A stretch of DNA of 64,000 bases, from positions 10,774 to 74,773 of IMG/VR virus record IMGVR_UViG_3300018080_000167; one strand, given 5' to 3'. This stretch comes from a virus. The notes under the pieces were generated by a model that searched no databases, was not told where the DNA came from, and saw only the letters and a program-made list of their open reading frames with translations. The translations under genes and the position numbers were made by a program. The first letter of the stretch is position 1. Each line of letters begins with the position of its first letter. Positions 9,865-19,175 of the stretch are shown piece after piece.

Positions 9865-10814
9865 TATTCGCTTCCTAACTTTTTGTAAACAAAACTTTTA
9901 AGAAAATAATTTTTTGTATCTGACTTTTCTCCAGCATTAAGTTTATCAATTTCATCTGTCATAATACTCATTTGTGTATCTGCCATATCTGCAGCGTGAA
10001 TAATAATTGCTTCTGGAATTGCTGGAGACACACATGACCCCCAACCCTTATCAACAGAACCATGATGTGACAGAATACAATGCTTCAAAAGCATAATCTC
10101 TTCATCTGTAATTTTAATATCACATTCTTTACACAAATTGGAAATAATTTCAGAACCCATTGCAATATGGTCCATAAGAGATCCAGCCTTCGTGTATTCA
10201 ATAGTAAATTTATTAAAAATATAGCTTTTAATTTTTCCTATGTCATGTAAAAGAGAAGCAGTAACAACCAAGTCTTTGTCTATAATGGTAGAATAATTCT
10301 TTGTTAGTCCTATTGCATTATATGTAACATTAATTGTGTGCTTTATAAGTCCATTCCTATATGCTTCATGAACCTTCGACGCTGCTGGTGCCTGAAAGAT
10401 TTCTTTCCCATACTTTTTAAATGCACATACCAAAAGTTTTTTATAGTTCTTATTGTTAATATCAGCTATCAAATGATTGACTTCTTCTTTATATGCAGCT
10501 ATCTCTTCGTCTGGAAGATGTGGCATCAATTCATCCATTATTTCTTCCGATGGCTCCACCTTTTTATATCCAGAGACATGAAGAGATTTACTGCCATTAT
10601 AAAGCTTCACCTGACCTTTCACTTCTAAAACATCATTCTGTTCAATTTTACATTTTGATAATGAGCTGTCCCACAAAAAACACGAACAACTCTGTCCATT
10701 CTTACACAAAGTAAATTGTACAAAACTTTTATTTCTCTTAGTTTTTCTTTCTGATACGCTCTCTATAAAACCAGTAACGGTAGCAACAGAGCCGCCATTG
10801 TAAATTGATATCAT
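9864..10814 (-). CDS. YhaM/Cbf1-like OB-fold + HD 3'-5' exonuclease
   Basis: N-terminal OB fold, PAASKVHEAY..GL..HT, LHDIGK, ILSHHG, PEA.IIH.AD. Confidence 0.88.
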   Translation of the reverse strand: MISIYNGGSVATVTGFIESVSERKTKRNKSFVQFTLCKNGQSCSCFLWDSSLSKCKIEQNDVLEVKGQVKLYNGSKSLHVSGYKKVEPSEEIMDELMPHLPDEEIAAYKEEVNHLIADINNKNYKKLLVCAFKKYGKEIFQAPAASKVHEAYRNGLIKHTINVTYNAIGLTKNYSTIIDKDLVVTASLLHDIGKIKSYIFNKFTIEYTKAGSLMDHIAMGSEIISNLCKECDIKITDEEIMLLKHCILSHHGSVDKGWGSCVSPAIPEAIIIHAADMADTQMSIMTDEIDKLNAGEKSDTKNYFLKSFVYKKLGSE

Positions 10815-11932
10815 AAAACCTCCGACAAAATACTGCTTTTGTTTTTAATTTCATTAATATTTTTTGTAGAATAAACATCTCTATATTTATTAATGACACG
10901 AATTTGAACCAATTTGTTTAAAAGATTACGCAACTTTGTGTCTGTCAATAAGTATCCGTTTGCCTCTGCATTTTCAACAATATCACAAAAGGAAGCAGCG
11001 CCACCATTGTCTTCGAGGAATTGATATACACCAACTTCAATAGAAGACAACTGCAATGCCCGAATAGGATTGCAATGTACTGTATCTGCAACCATATCTT
11101 TGACTACCTGCTTCAACTCTTCATTGTTCATTATATTTTCGCAATGAAAAAATCTTTTTGTGAACAATAAAATATCAATAACTTCAGATGCTTGTCTATA
11201 AAGTGCTTTATTAGGATCAAGAGATTCCTTCTTCTTCTCGATAAAAAGCTCTCTGCCAAAAGTGCGCTCTTCTTTATTCAAATTATAGGCACAGCGCGTA
11301 CTAAGGCGTTCGGCTATTTCTATCCAATCTTCGCGTGTAAGGCTGCATCCATACTTTTCTTGATCTGTATTAAAAATATCTTCTTCTTTATGCTGTTGCG
11401 GTTTGATATTAACAAGAGTAAATCTTTCCAGCATTGCCATCAGGTGAGGCAAATTCTTTTTTGACAACGGCAGTCCATTTGTTGCGCCAAGCAGAATGCC
11501 AGAAAATGGAGTAGGTTCAACCGATTTGCTTTTTAAGCGCGATATTGTTCCAGACGCGACTTGCTTCATAATGTGTATATGTTGCGTACTACCACAATCA
11601 AGTTCGTCCATTACAATAATACCTTCATTATTATTTACAAATAATTCAAATAGTCCAACACCAGTAGAAATACCTGAAGGAATCCATTTGCCAATTGTTT
11701 TTCCACTATCATTTTTAGCATCAAGCTCAAGCCCCTTAAAGATTGCCTTTAGCGTACTAGTTTTTCCGCCACCAGCCGTCCCAACTGCAAGACAACCCTT
11801 AAAGCCGTCCTTAAAACTTTGCCCTATGCGGTTTTCAATACCAATGTTTTTTTCTATTTTGGCACGGATAGCCTTCAAAATACTAAATGCAAAAGTAAAG
11901 TTTCCTATTTGTTTAATTTTATTTAACATCAT
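10811..11932 (-). CDS. AAA+ ATPase with C-terminal winged helix (MCM/initiator-like)
   Basis: GTAGGGKT Walker A, IIVMDELD Walker B, LGATN, MLERF arginine finger. Confidence 0.7.
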   Translation of the reverse strand: MMLNKIKQIGNFTFAFSILKAIRAKIEKNIGIENRIGQSFKDGFKGCLAVGTAGGGKTSTLKAIFKGLELDAKNDSGKTIGKWIPSGISTGVGLFELFVNNNEGIIVMDELDCGSTQHIHIMKQVASGTISRLKSKSVEPTPFSGILLGATNGLPLSKKNLPHLMAMLERFTLVNIKPQQHKEEDIFNTDQEKYGCSLTREDWIEIAERLSTRCAYNLNKEERTFGRELFIEKKKESLDPNKALYRQASEVIDILLFTKRFFHCENIMNNEELKQVVKDMVADTVHCNPIRALQLSSIEVGVYQFLEDNGGAASFCDIVENAEANGYLLTDTKLRNLLNKLVQIRVINKYRDVYSTKNINEIKNKSSILSEVL

Positions 11933-12104
11933 TACCCCATATTTCTACAACAGTTGGTCTATATCCAAATGCATTGTAGTGTCTTTTTATTTTATAATTG
12001 CCCTCCCTTAAACCTTGCCTTATTTCTTGTAGCCACTGTCCAAAAGCATCATTTCTTTTATAATTGAGTAGTGTTTCTGCCGTTACCATTGTCAGCATTC
12101 TCAA
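11919..12104 (-). CDS. Hypothetical protein
   Basis: Overlapping start/stop coupling. Confidence 0.55.
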   Translation of the reverse strand: MRMLTMVTAETLLNYKRNDAFGQWLQEIRQGLREGNYKIKRHYNAFGYRPTVVEIWGNDVK

Positions 12105-12580
12105 AAGTCAAGGTCCTCTATATTAATATCGTCTTCATCGTCGCTGTCTTCATCGCTGCTGTCAAAATCAAATAGTGAATCAACCTCAGCATCATTGTCA
12201 AGCTCTAACTCTTTTATTACATCATCAAAAGTTGTATCGTCAACATCACAGTCACAGCCTTCTTCTTCATCTTCGCTTTCATCTGCCACATCCATTTCGA
12301 CTTCATCGTCATCGCTCTCTACAACATCTGTGTCATTAGGGACAGCGTTTTCTGCCGCTTCTTCGTCATTATTAGTATAAACAGGATGGTTTCCCATATT
12401 GTCCATGTCGTGCTCATTAATGACAGCCTTTTTCTTTCCACGCGACTCTTTACAACCACTTGCCTTATTCTCATTATAAAAATCAATGCAACCTTGGCAA
12501 GTTTTCGCCCTTTTTGTCAGTCGCAAGCCTTTGTACGTCGGATGTTCTTTACAAGACATAATGCTCTCCTTACTGGACAC
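12101..12580 (-). CDS. CxxHP-YKG zinc-motif protein with very acidic tail
   Basis: CKEHPTYKGLR...CQGC followed by a D/E-rich C-terminus. Confidence 0.65.
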   Translation of the reverse strand: MSSKESIMSCKEHPTYKGLRLTKRAKTCQGCIDFYNENKASGCKESRGKKKAVINEHDMDNMGNHPVYTNNDEEAAENAVPNDTDVVESDDDEVEMDVADESEDEEEGCDCDVDDTTFDDVIKELELDNDAEVDSLFDFDSSDEDSDDEDDINIEDLDF

Positions 12581-13250
12581 TATAGTCCGATGGATTAATT
12601 TTTGTTAATTCTGTATACTTTTTCCAAAAGGTCTTTTGTGGCATTCCACAGCCTTTAAGTTTTCCTTTCTTATCAATTTCACCATAAACATATGTAGATA
12701 AACATTCTCTCGCCAATTGCCTAAATAACATTTCATCTATACCTAAATTATCGCATTGTTTTTTTGCCCAAATCCAAGCTTTTAATTCGTGGAAAAGTGT
12801 AAAGTGTTCATATTTTAATTTTGTAGTGGCATCAACCCAAGCATGTCCACACTCATGCAGTGTAAGAACAAATGTTGAATTCTTATCAAGATCACCAGAA
12901 TAAAAAAGAATTATTTGTGGTCCGCTTAGTTCATATCCCTCATATTGTGGTAGATAAAGCCCTATCTCATCTTTGTTCATTTCGTCAAGAGACAATGCAA
13001 CAGGTGGCTTGTCTTCTATACAAAAATATGTCCACTTAATATTTTTAAAAAATTCTAATATAGAAAGCCCCTTAGAGCATTGAAAATTATTAAAATATTT
13101 TTTTGTTTTATAAATTATTATTGAAAAAACTTTATCTAATTTAATTCTTTCTGCAATAGCATATCTTAAGGCTTCATCGCTTGAATCAAAATGTTTGCCA
13201 AGCTCTTTCTGTTTCCATTCCTTATAAAAAATATGCACTTTATATTTCAC
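12570..13250 (-). CDS. HExxH metallopeptidase-like protein (ImmA/IrrE-like)
   Basis: LHECGHA ... HELKAWIWA. Confidence 0.5.
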   Translation of the reverse strand: MKYKVHIFYKEWKQKELGKHFDSSDEALRYAIAERIKLDKVFSIIIYKTKKYFNNFQCSKGLSILEFFKNIKWTYFCIEDKPPVALSLDEMNKDEIGLYLPQYEGYELSGPQIILFYSGDLDKNSTFVLTLHECGHAWVDATTKLKYEHFTLFHELKAWIWAKKQCDNLGIDEMLFRQLARECLSTYVYGEIDKKGKLKGCGMPQKTFWKKYTELTKINPSDYSVQ

Positions 13251-13299
13251 CTATGCGATACTCCATATCGTGTATTTAGATAGAAAATAAATAGCTTTT

Positions 13300-13336
13300 C
13301 TATATATAATATCTACTAAATAGAAAATTTTTCCAA
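13300..13336 (-). promoter_or_regulatory. Class B phage promoter
   Basis: TTGGAA-N13-AGTAGATATTATATATAG; one of six copies. Confidence 0.7.
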
Positions 13337-13346
13337 TTATTTTATA

Positions 13347-13565
13347 TTAATTTTCTGTTTCTGCACCAACGCCATCTATTGTTTCGCCTTCAAAGTTTAC
13401 TTTACAGCGATATCCAGCTCTACATTCATCAAAGTTTGGACCATCACATGGGCAAATTCCTTCTTCGAGAAGACAGCCACATTCCTCATATGGATTGTAA
13501 AGTCCATCATAATCGTTGTCGATTAAAAAACTTTCAATAATTTCAATTATCCTTGGATTGACCAT
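13347..13565 (-). CDS. Cys-rich acidic hypothetical protein
   Basis: YDGLYN..ECGC....CPC..C.AGY. Confidence 0.6.
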   Translation of the reverse strand: MVNPRIIEIIESFLIDNDYDGLYNPYEECGCLLEEGICPCDGPNFDECRAGYRCKVNFEGETIDGVGAETEN

Positions 13566-13593
13566 CTTGATTTTCCTTAGTTATTAAAAAATT

Positions 13594-13613
13594 AGGGGGG
13601 CAAAAGCCCCCCC
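13594..13613 (-). terminator. Rho-independent terminator
   Basis: GGGGGGC-AAAA-GCCCCCC hairpin after the DUF932 gene. Confidence 0.7.
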
Positions 13614-13619
13614 AATAAA

Positions 13620-14597
13620 TTATGCCGCTACCAATTTACCTTCTGCTGCTGCAAGGCTCATTTTTTCTGCGCGAATAGACATTTTGTCAAGACTGCCGTC
13701 AAAAAGCATATTTTCTACTCGTCTTGCTGTTTTTTGCTCGCTTGTAAGATTTTTCCCTTTAATGCCACGATGATATTGGATGTATTCTATGCTAGCGTTA
13801 AATAACCCATATGCTGTCCCACGCACGCCAGGAACGTCCATTCCGCGCCCATTTTGGATCAGCTTATGAAGAAGCAAACGATTATCTTTAGCGCGACGGA
13901 TCGTGCCTTCTTGCTTAGAATCAGGCAAAGGAATAAACTTATCAACAAAAACATTTGCTGTCTTAACATCGATATTTGCACCTGAAAGATATTTCATTTC
14001 TTCTTCAAAAAGATCAAAATACTTATTGGCAGAACCAAAAATTGTGTACGCCTCATCAAGGCGCTGTTTGTAATTAAGTGTATGGCGCAACCTTACGGCG
14101 CGATTAGCACGCTGTGCCTTGGCTATTGTTGCTCTAAGCATATTCTGACACCAAATGCGAGTGGGGGTAAACGCAACGCCTATTCCAGATGACCCATCGT
14201 GTGAATTATAAAAAATTGCATATTTTTCAATTGGGTCGCCATTTACTGGTTCAAATGTTCCGTTTCCATCATTGATAACTGCCTGAAGCCAAACACGCTC
14301 TCCATTCCCAAAATATCCAGCATTTTCAACCTTTAAGTTTCCGTCTTTAACGAGTGGATCAAGAACACCGAGGGCTTCGGCGTTTTGAATGACATGGTAG
14401 CGGTTTCCAACAACACCGAGCTGCGTTCCGTCATCCTTTACATTGACAAACGCATCTTTTACCTGTTCACGATTACCCAGGATTTCAGCATACATAGGAA
14501 TTTTACTTACTTTGAAATGAATCCCTGCATTTTCAAGCGCTTCTTGTGCACTACTTACATTTTCTACTTTCCTTCCTACTGTTTCAAAAAGCTCCAT
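13620..14597 (-). CDS. DUF932 / TIGR03299 phage-plasmid-like protein
   Basis: LGVVGNRY..IQN.EA, NSHDGS, TPTRIWCQN, RHT, RGTAYGLFNA. Confidence 0.88.
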   Translation of the reverse strand: MELFETVGRKVENVSSAQEALENAGIHFKVSKIPMYAEILGNREQVKDAFVNVKDDGTQLGVVGNRYHVIQNAEALGVLDPLVKDGNLKVENAGYFGNGERVWLQAVINDGNGTFEPVNGDPIEKYAIFYNSHDGSSGIGVAFTPTRIWCQNMLRATIAKAQRANRAVRLRHTLNYKQRLDEAYTIFGSANKYFDLFEEEMKYLSGANIDVKTANVFVDKFIPLPDSKQEGTIRRAKDNRLLLHKLIQNGRGMDVPGVRGTAYGLFNASIEYIQYHRGIKGKNLTSEQKTARRVENMLFDGSLDKMSIRAEKMSLAAAEGKLVAA

Positions 14598-14625
14598 TTT
14601 TTTACTCCTTGTAAATTTGTTATCC

Positions 14626-14665
14626 TCTCATACACTGCACATTGGATTGAAATTTTTGATTATTT
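14626..14665 (-). promoter_or_regulatory. Class A phage promoter
   Basis: TTTCAATCCAATGTGCAGTGTATGAG; one of 13 copies. Confidence 0.7.
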
Positions 14666-14823
14666 TTTTAAATTTTTATTTCCATATCCCAACCGCAGTG
14701 ACAAGATACAACAATATTATTTTTGTTATAATAAATGTTTTCTACATCGATTATTCTGCAACATTCTGGACAATAAAGTGGTATTTCTGGATAATTTTCA
14801 ATTTTTTGACCCACAATAAACTC

Positions 14824-15126
14824 CTATATGTCAACATTAAAAATTTCTACATCGAAAAGCCTCAATAATTCATTGCTAATTCTTAAGTCTTCTTCATTAG
14901 CAAAAACACTTTCATCTTTCACTGTCTTGTGCCTTATAAATGCTGTAGAAATAATTTTATATGGCGTAATGCTTGCACCAACTTCTCCAGAAAAATAAAC
15001 AAATGACATGCTTTCCCCGTCTTGTGCTACAATTTCACAACGGAACATTTCGCCATATCCACTTTGTCCGATATAGCTCACATTTGTTTTTATATTATTT
15101 TTTTCAATAAAAGTTTGAATATCCAT
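14824..15126 (-). CDS. Hypothetical protein, paralogue of 29762..30139
   Basis: MDIQTFIEKNNI vs MDIKEFIKKHNI; TAATG coupling gives the start at 15126. Confidence 0.6.
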   Translation of the reverse strand: MDIQTFIEKNNIKTNVSYIGQSGYGEMFRCEIVAQDGESMSFVYFSGEVGASITPYKIISTAFIRHKTVKDESVFANEEDLRISNELLRLFDVEIFNVDI

Positions 15127-15281
15127 TAGTGCCCCTTCCAAAAATATCCATTGATGCCGAATTTAGCAACGAGAAAATCTGCCGCTCGTTCAAAATAACC
15201 GCCCTCGATGAGATTGCCTATTGCAATGATCAAAAGCATAGCTACCACAACTGCCAAAATCCATTTCAAAAGTCCAAACAT
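15126..15281 (-). CDS. Small membrane protein (51 aa)
   Basis: AGGAG RBS; MFGLLKWILAVVVAMLLIIAIG. Confidence 0.55.
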   Translation of the reverse strand: MFGLLKWILAVVVAMLLIIAIGNLIEGGYFERAADFLVAKFGINGYFWKGH

Positions 15282-15308
15282 TTTTATTTCTCCTTATTAA
15301 ATTGTTAC

Positions 15309-15384
15309 TGGTACGCCAAGAAGGATTCGAACCTTCGACAATCAGATTAGAAATCTGATACTCTATCCTCTGAGCTACTGGCGT
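15309..15384 (-). tRNA. tRNA-Arg (anticodon UCU)
   Basis: ACGCCAG acceptor, TAGCTCAG D-arm, TCAGA-TTTCTAA-TCTGA anticodon arm, GGTTCGAATCC, encoded CCA. Confidence 0.93.
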
Positions 15385-15396
15385 AAAAATGATTAT

Positions 15397-15474
15397 TGGT
15401 GGGGCCGAACGGATTTGAACCGCTAACCTATCGTTTATAAGACGATTGCGCTTACCAGATTGTGCCACGACCCC
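15397..15474 (-). tRNA. tRNA-Ile (anticodon UAU)
   Basis: GGGGTCG/CGGCCCC acceptor, ATCGT-CTTATAA-ACGAT anticodon arm, GGTTCAAATCC, ACCA end. Confidence 0.9.
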
Positions 15475-15574
15475 ATTTTTGTTATCGTACTTCCCATCCT
15501 TTAAAATTAACTATATAAGATACATTGGCTTGTGTTGTGTTATATAACTTTGCCAATTAACAAATTCGCCAGAC

Positions 15575-15751
15575 TTATTGCATTTCGCGCTCTGCCCTAA
15601 TATCTTTCTTGATCTCTTCAATATCATATAGAATTTTATTAACAACCGGATTTTTGCTTATATGATCTTCTAATTGTTCGTATTGGAAAAGAAGTTCATT
15701 GAAAAGATCAGTTTCATATGCAGTCATATGCTCTTTAAGTTGCATTGCCAT
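15575..15751 (-). CDS. Hypothetical protein
   Basis: AGGAG RBS before MAMQLKEH. Confidence 0.55.
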   Translation of the reverse strand: MAMQLKEHMTAYETDLFNELLFQYEQLEDHISKNPVVNKILYDIEEIKKDIRAEREMQ

Positions 15752-15917
15752 ATCTCCTTTTATTAAAAATAATAAATAGTTGGTTACCACACACATTACA
15801 CTTTGGTCTATTTACCCCAGGTACAATTTCTACATTATCTACCTCTTTGTTTAGCTCACTACATAGGATGTTTACGCAGCCTATTTTATAATTTTTGCTA
15901 TTAATTTTCATAAGCCA

Positions 15918-16109
15918 TCATCCTATAACAATGTCAGCATCAACTTCACAAACATTAAGAATACGCCTAGTAGTAGTTTTTTTATCACGATAATTGCTAA
16001 GTTTTAATGTAGCATCAACTAGGTTTTCAGACACAACGTAACAAGATTCTACAATTCCATCACTTGATATAGCTTCAATTTTATATAGTCTTTGTCTTTT
16101 TTTCATCAT
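15918..16109 (-). CDS. Hypothetical protein
   Basis: ORF in operon. Confidence 0.5.
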   Translation of the reverse strand: MMKKRQRLYKIEAISSDGIVESCYVVSENLVDATLKLSNYRDKKTTTRRILNVCEVDADIVIG

Positions 16110-16126
16110 GCATTCCCTTCATCATT

Positions 16127-16411
16127 TCATCTTGCACCAAATCTGTCTTGTGCCTTACAAATTGTTTTTCTCAATTCATTACAAAGGTCTGAAAATAATA
16201 TGTCTTTTTCGTCAAAATCTTCTTCAAACTTTCTAATTTCTTTTCGCAAATTTTCAATTGTTTTATTTAAATCTGTTACAAGCTCCTCGCTTTCTTCCAG
16301 TTCAATTTTAAGCCCTCTGTTTATTAATTCGTATTCATTTATTCTTTTTGTTAATTTTTTGATTGATTCTTCAAGACAATTAATTTTTAATTTTAATTTT
16401 TTACCAAACAT
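16127..16411 (-). CDS. Coiled-coil hypothetical protein
   Basis: Heptad K/E/L pattern. Confidence 0.55.
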   Translation of the reverse strand: MFGKKLKLKINCLEESIKKLTKRINEYELINRGLKIELEESEELVTDLNKTIENLRKEIRKFEEDFDEKDILFSDLCNELRKTICKAQDRFGAR

Positions 16412-16653
16412 TATACACTTCTCCTAACAAGTTTCAAAATTTTGGCTTTCAACTTTAGAGTCTTGTCCTTTGTAACAATGTCGCTTGTGTGAAAAAGATT
16501 ATTTTGCAACATTGCAAGTTTAAGCTGCGCAATGCTTACGGCAGCGTCCATCTTTGTTGTTGATATCATCATTTCTCCTTCATATTCTTTAATAAATGTT
16601 TTTACTTTTTGTAATTCAATTTCAGCTTGTTTAGCCAATTGTTTAAATGTCAT
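16411..16653 (-). CDS. Hypothetical protein
   Basis: Coupled ORF. Confidence 0.55.
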   Translation of the reverse strand: MTFKQLAKQAEIELQKVKTFIKEYEGEMMISTTKMDAAVSIAQLKLAMLQNNLFHTSDIVTKDKTLKLKAKILKLVRRSV

Positions 16654-17176
16654 TTTTTATTTGCCTACGTATGTTTCCTTTTGCCCTCTGTACTTTTAAA
16701 TATGCTGTAGATTTACTTTTGTTTATTTTTTTAGCAATTTCTCCATATTTGTATCCCAATAGTCTGAACAACATTGTATTATCGCTGTCATGTTTTGCAA
16801 GAAGCTCTCTAACATATATTTCTTCAGCTATATTGTCGTGCTGTGAAGGCATTGGAACATTAGCCGAATGTAATGTTTTGCTACAATCTGGTATTTCATC
16901 CTTGTATTTCTTCCAGTATTGATAATTCGGAAACTTTAAATAATGCCCCTGGGTGCATAACATTTGTTTAATTGAACCAATTGCCCTTTTCATCATTGTT
17001 ACTATTATTTGTTTGTCTTCAAGTTCAATATTTTTCTTTCTCAAACTTTCATATGTTTCTATGGCTGCGAGGCGCTGCTCTTGCAAACAATCTTGATCAT
17101 TGAAGCGCTCACATTCATATAGGTTTGTATGGAAAAATCTATCAAGCTGTTCTAAATAGTGTTCAATTGGTTTCAT
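16643..17176 (-). CDS. Sigma-factor-like protein (region-4 HTH)
   Basis: DCLQEQRLAAIE (region 2-like); GYKYGEIAKKINKSKSTAYLKVQRAK; AGGAGG RBS before MKPIEH. Confidence 0.6.
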   Translation of the reverse strand: MKPIEHYLEQLDRFFHTNLYECERFNDQDCLQEQRLAAIETYESLRKKNIELEDKQIIVTMMKRAIGSIKQMLCTQGHYLKFPNYQYWKKYKDEIPDCSKTLHSANVPMPSQHDNIAEEIYVRELLAKHDSDNTMLFRLLGYKYGEIAKKINKSKSTAYLKVQRAKGNIRRQIKNDI

Positions 17177-17296
17177 GCTCGCCTCCTTAGCCACTCCTTG
17201 AATTTCGGGTTTACATCGTCTTGTGAGTTGAGCCATTCCAAAACTTCTTTAGCCTTCAATTCACCACTCTTTACTTTTTGCCGCAATGATCCAGCT

Positions 17297-17638
17297 TCAA
17301 TCTTTTCCATCGTTTTCTCCTTTATTGGAAATGCGTACCTTTTGTAACAATTTCGTAATAAGTTTAATCCTTTTTGTTTTGTCTACAAATTTGCGTCGCC
17401 CAGGATTAAATTCACATTGTTGAATAATACATAAAAGTTCTGCCTTGTCCCACATTTCAGGATGGTTGTCGTGACGTGTATATCGTGGTACAAGTTTAAT
17501 ATCCTTTTTATTTACAGCTTTCTTAAGTTTTGCCTCTACAAAATCACTATGAACTGCAACATTTGTTGATTTGTCGTCAAATACATAAAGATTTTGATAA
17601 TGGCTAATGTATTGTTTTTCCATCATTAACTCCCGCAA
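17297..17638 (-). CDS. Hypothetical protein
   Basis: ORF in operon. Confidence 0.55.
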   Translation of the reverse strand: MRELMMEKQYISHYQNLYVFDDKSTNVAVHSDFVEAKLKKAVNKKDIKLVPRYTRHDNHPEMWDKAELLCIIQQCEFNPGRRKFVDKTKRIKLITKLLQKVRISNKGENDGKD

Positions 17639-17865
17639 TGATTAATAAGTGCCTCGCCGTATTCAATAAGATTTTTCCTATCTTGAATATATTCATCTGT
17701 AAGAAAAAGTGTCCCAGGTTTACATGCATACTTAATAGTTTCTAATGTAGCGTCAGACCACCGCTCCTTTTTTTTGTCGGATGTTGGGTTATATTGTTTC
17801 CCTCCAACTGATCCAAAAATTCTCTCAATAAAATGACGATAGTCTTCTAAATTGTTGTTATGCAT
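17626..17865 (-). CDS. Hypothetical protein
   Basis: AGGAG RBS. Confidence 0.55.
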   Translation of the reverse strand: MHNNNLEDYRHFIERIFGSVGGKQYNPTSDKKKERWSDATLETIKYACKPGTLFLTDEYIQDRKNLIEYGEALINHCGS

Positions 17866-17874
17866 TATTATCTC

Positions 17875-18189
17875 CTATTCATAATATTCTTCTTCGACTT
17901 CTTCCATAAGTGAAGAGATTGTTTCTCTAATTTTTGTGTTGTCAGTATCATCTATTTTGCTGTCGCGTTGCCAAAACAATAACAGACAATGGAAAAGTCT
18001 ATTTGTTGTATAATATTCATTATATTTCGGCAAAAAACTTTCAACTTCATCATAAAGGATTCTTAAACTTGAATTAATCTTTTTCTTTTTTTCTTCATCA
18101 TATTCTCTACAATAATAATAATCTGTTAAATGTTTAAAAAAATCTTTAAAAATATCAAACTTTTCGTTTATAATAGATAAATAATCCAT
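17875..18189 (-). CDS. Hypothetical protein
   Basis: AGGAG RBS. Confidence 0.55.
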   Translation of the reverse strand: MDYLSIINEKFDIFKDFFKHLTDYYYCREYDEEKKKKINSSLRILYDEVESFLPKYNEYYTTNRLFHCLLLFWQRDSKIDDTDNTKIRETISSLMEEVEEEYYE

Positions 18190-18191
18190 CT

Positions 18192-18416
18192 TTATCTCCT
18201 ATATGGGTTATAAAACCATTTCTTTACATCTCCATTTAATACATTGTCTATTCCATTAGATGCATTACGCAAAACTCTATCTGCTCTCTGGGCTTTTGCA
18301 ATTGCAACACCAATATGTCCATCATATATATCGTTCCAAATATCATGTAACATTTCTCTAGCATAGTTGATGTCTGCATTAGATTTGCTCAATTGACTTT
18401 TCTCTGCTTGTATCAT
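18192..18416 (-). CDS. Hypothetical protein
   Basis: ATGA coupling. Confidence 0.55.
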   Translation of the reverse strand: MIQAEKSQLSKSNADINYAREMLHDIWNDIYDGHIGVAIAKAQRADRVLRNASNGIDNVLNGDVKKWFYNPYRR

Positions 18417-18631
18417 TTCAGCCTCTTTCCATAGCGATATTTCATTCTGTTAAGAAACGAGACTGCCTCCTGCTCGGCAGAAAAACAATCATAAAAAACA
18501 GGTACTTTAAGCTCATTGAAAACATAAATTTCTTTCCCTTTGCGAATACCGTTACATACTCCTTGCTTTTCCATAACTTCATCAAATGTTTTTTGTCTAT
18601 TGATATTAAGTGTTGTCATAATGCACCTCAA
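18413..18631 (-). CDS. Hypothetical protein (likely start ~18619)
   Basis: GAGG RBS. Confidence 0.55.
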   Translation of the reverse strand: MRCIMTTLNINRQKTFDEVMEKQGVCNGIRKGKEIYVFNELKVPVFYDCFSAEQEAVSFLNRMKYRYGKRLK

Positions 18632-18660
18632 ATAATATTTTGTTTTTACTATTTAAAAAA

Positions 18661-18879
18661 TCATTCAACATTTTCATCACATTGGTCCTTATTAAAATAA
18701 ACTGAACAATAAGTGTCATAAAGGTCGTTAAAAAATGTACGAAATTTTTCTCTAAGTTGTTCCTTCTCTTCTTGTGAGTCAAGCTCATAATGGATATCTA
18801 TTCCCACAAATCCTTCTTGAATACCAACCGATGTGTCACCAGGAATGAAAACTTCCACCTTTTCAATTATCTCTGCCAT
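18661..18879 (-). CDS. Acidic hypothetical protein
   Basis: AGGAG RBS after class A promoter; MAEIIEKVEVFIPGD. Confidence 0.6.
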   Translation of the reverse strand: MAEIIEKVEVFIPGDTSVGIQEGFVGIDIHYELDSQEEKEQLREKFRTFFNDLYDTYCSVYFNKDQCDENVE

Positions 18880-18890
18880 AGTTTTGTACT

Positions 18891-18932
18891 CCTTACATCT
18901 ATTACACATAGGATTGACTTTTTTAATTAATT
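18891..18932 (-). promoter_or_regulatory. Class A phage promoter
   Basis: GTCAATCCTATGTGTAATAGATGTAAG. Confidence 0.7.
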
Positions 18933-18942
18933 TTTATTCATA

Positions 18943-19175
18943 TTATTTAAACATATTTTCCAAAGATTTATTTTTGTTTGTAAGCTCAACAATTTTCTTT
19001 TCCAGTTGATGGATTTTTTTGTCCTGTTTTGAAATAATTTCTTTGTATTCTGAAATACGTGATTTTAAAATATTATTCATATTTGTCCTAGAATGTAACA
19101 AAGTTTCAGAATCCTTCAAAGAAAGATGTAATTGATTAATAATTTGTCCGTCTGTCATAATTAAACTCTTTTCAT
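18943..19175 (-). CDS. Coiled-coil hypothetical protein (start uncertain)
   Basis: ORF downstream of the pentapeptide gene. Confidence 0.45.

Noticed and set aside
15190-15468. 92-aa ORF
   Set aside because: Overlaps both tRNA genes; spurious
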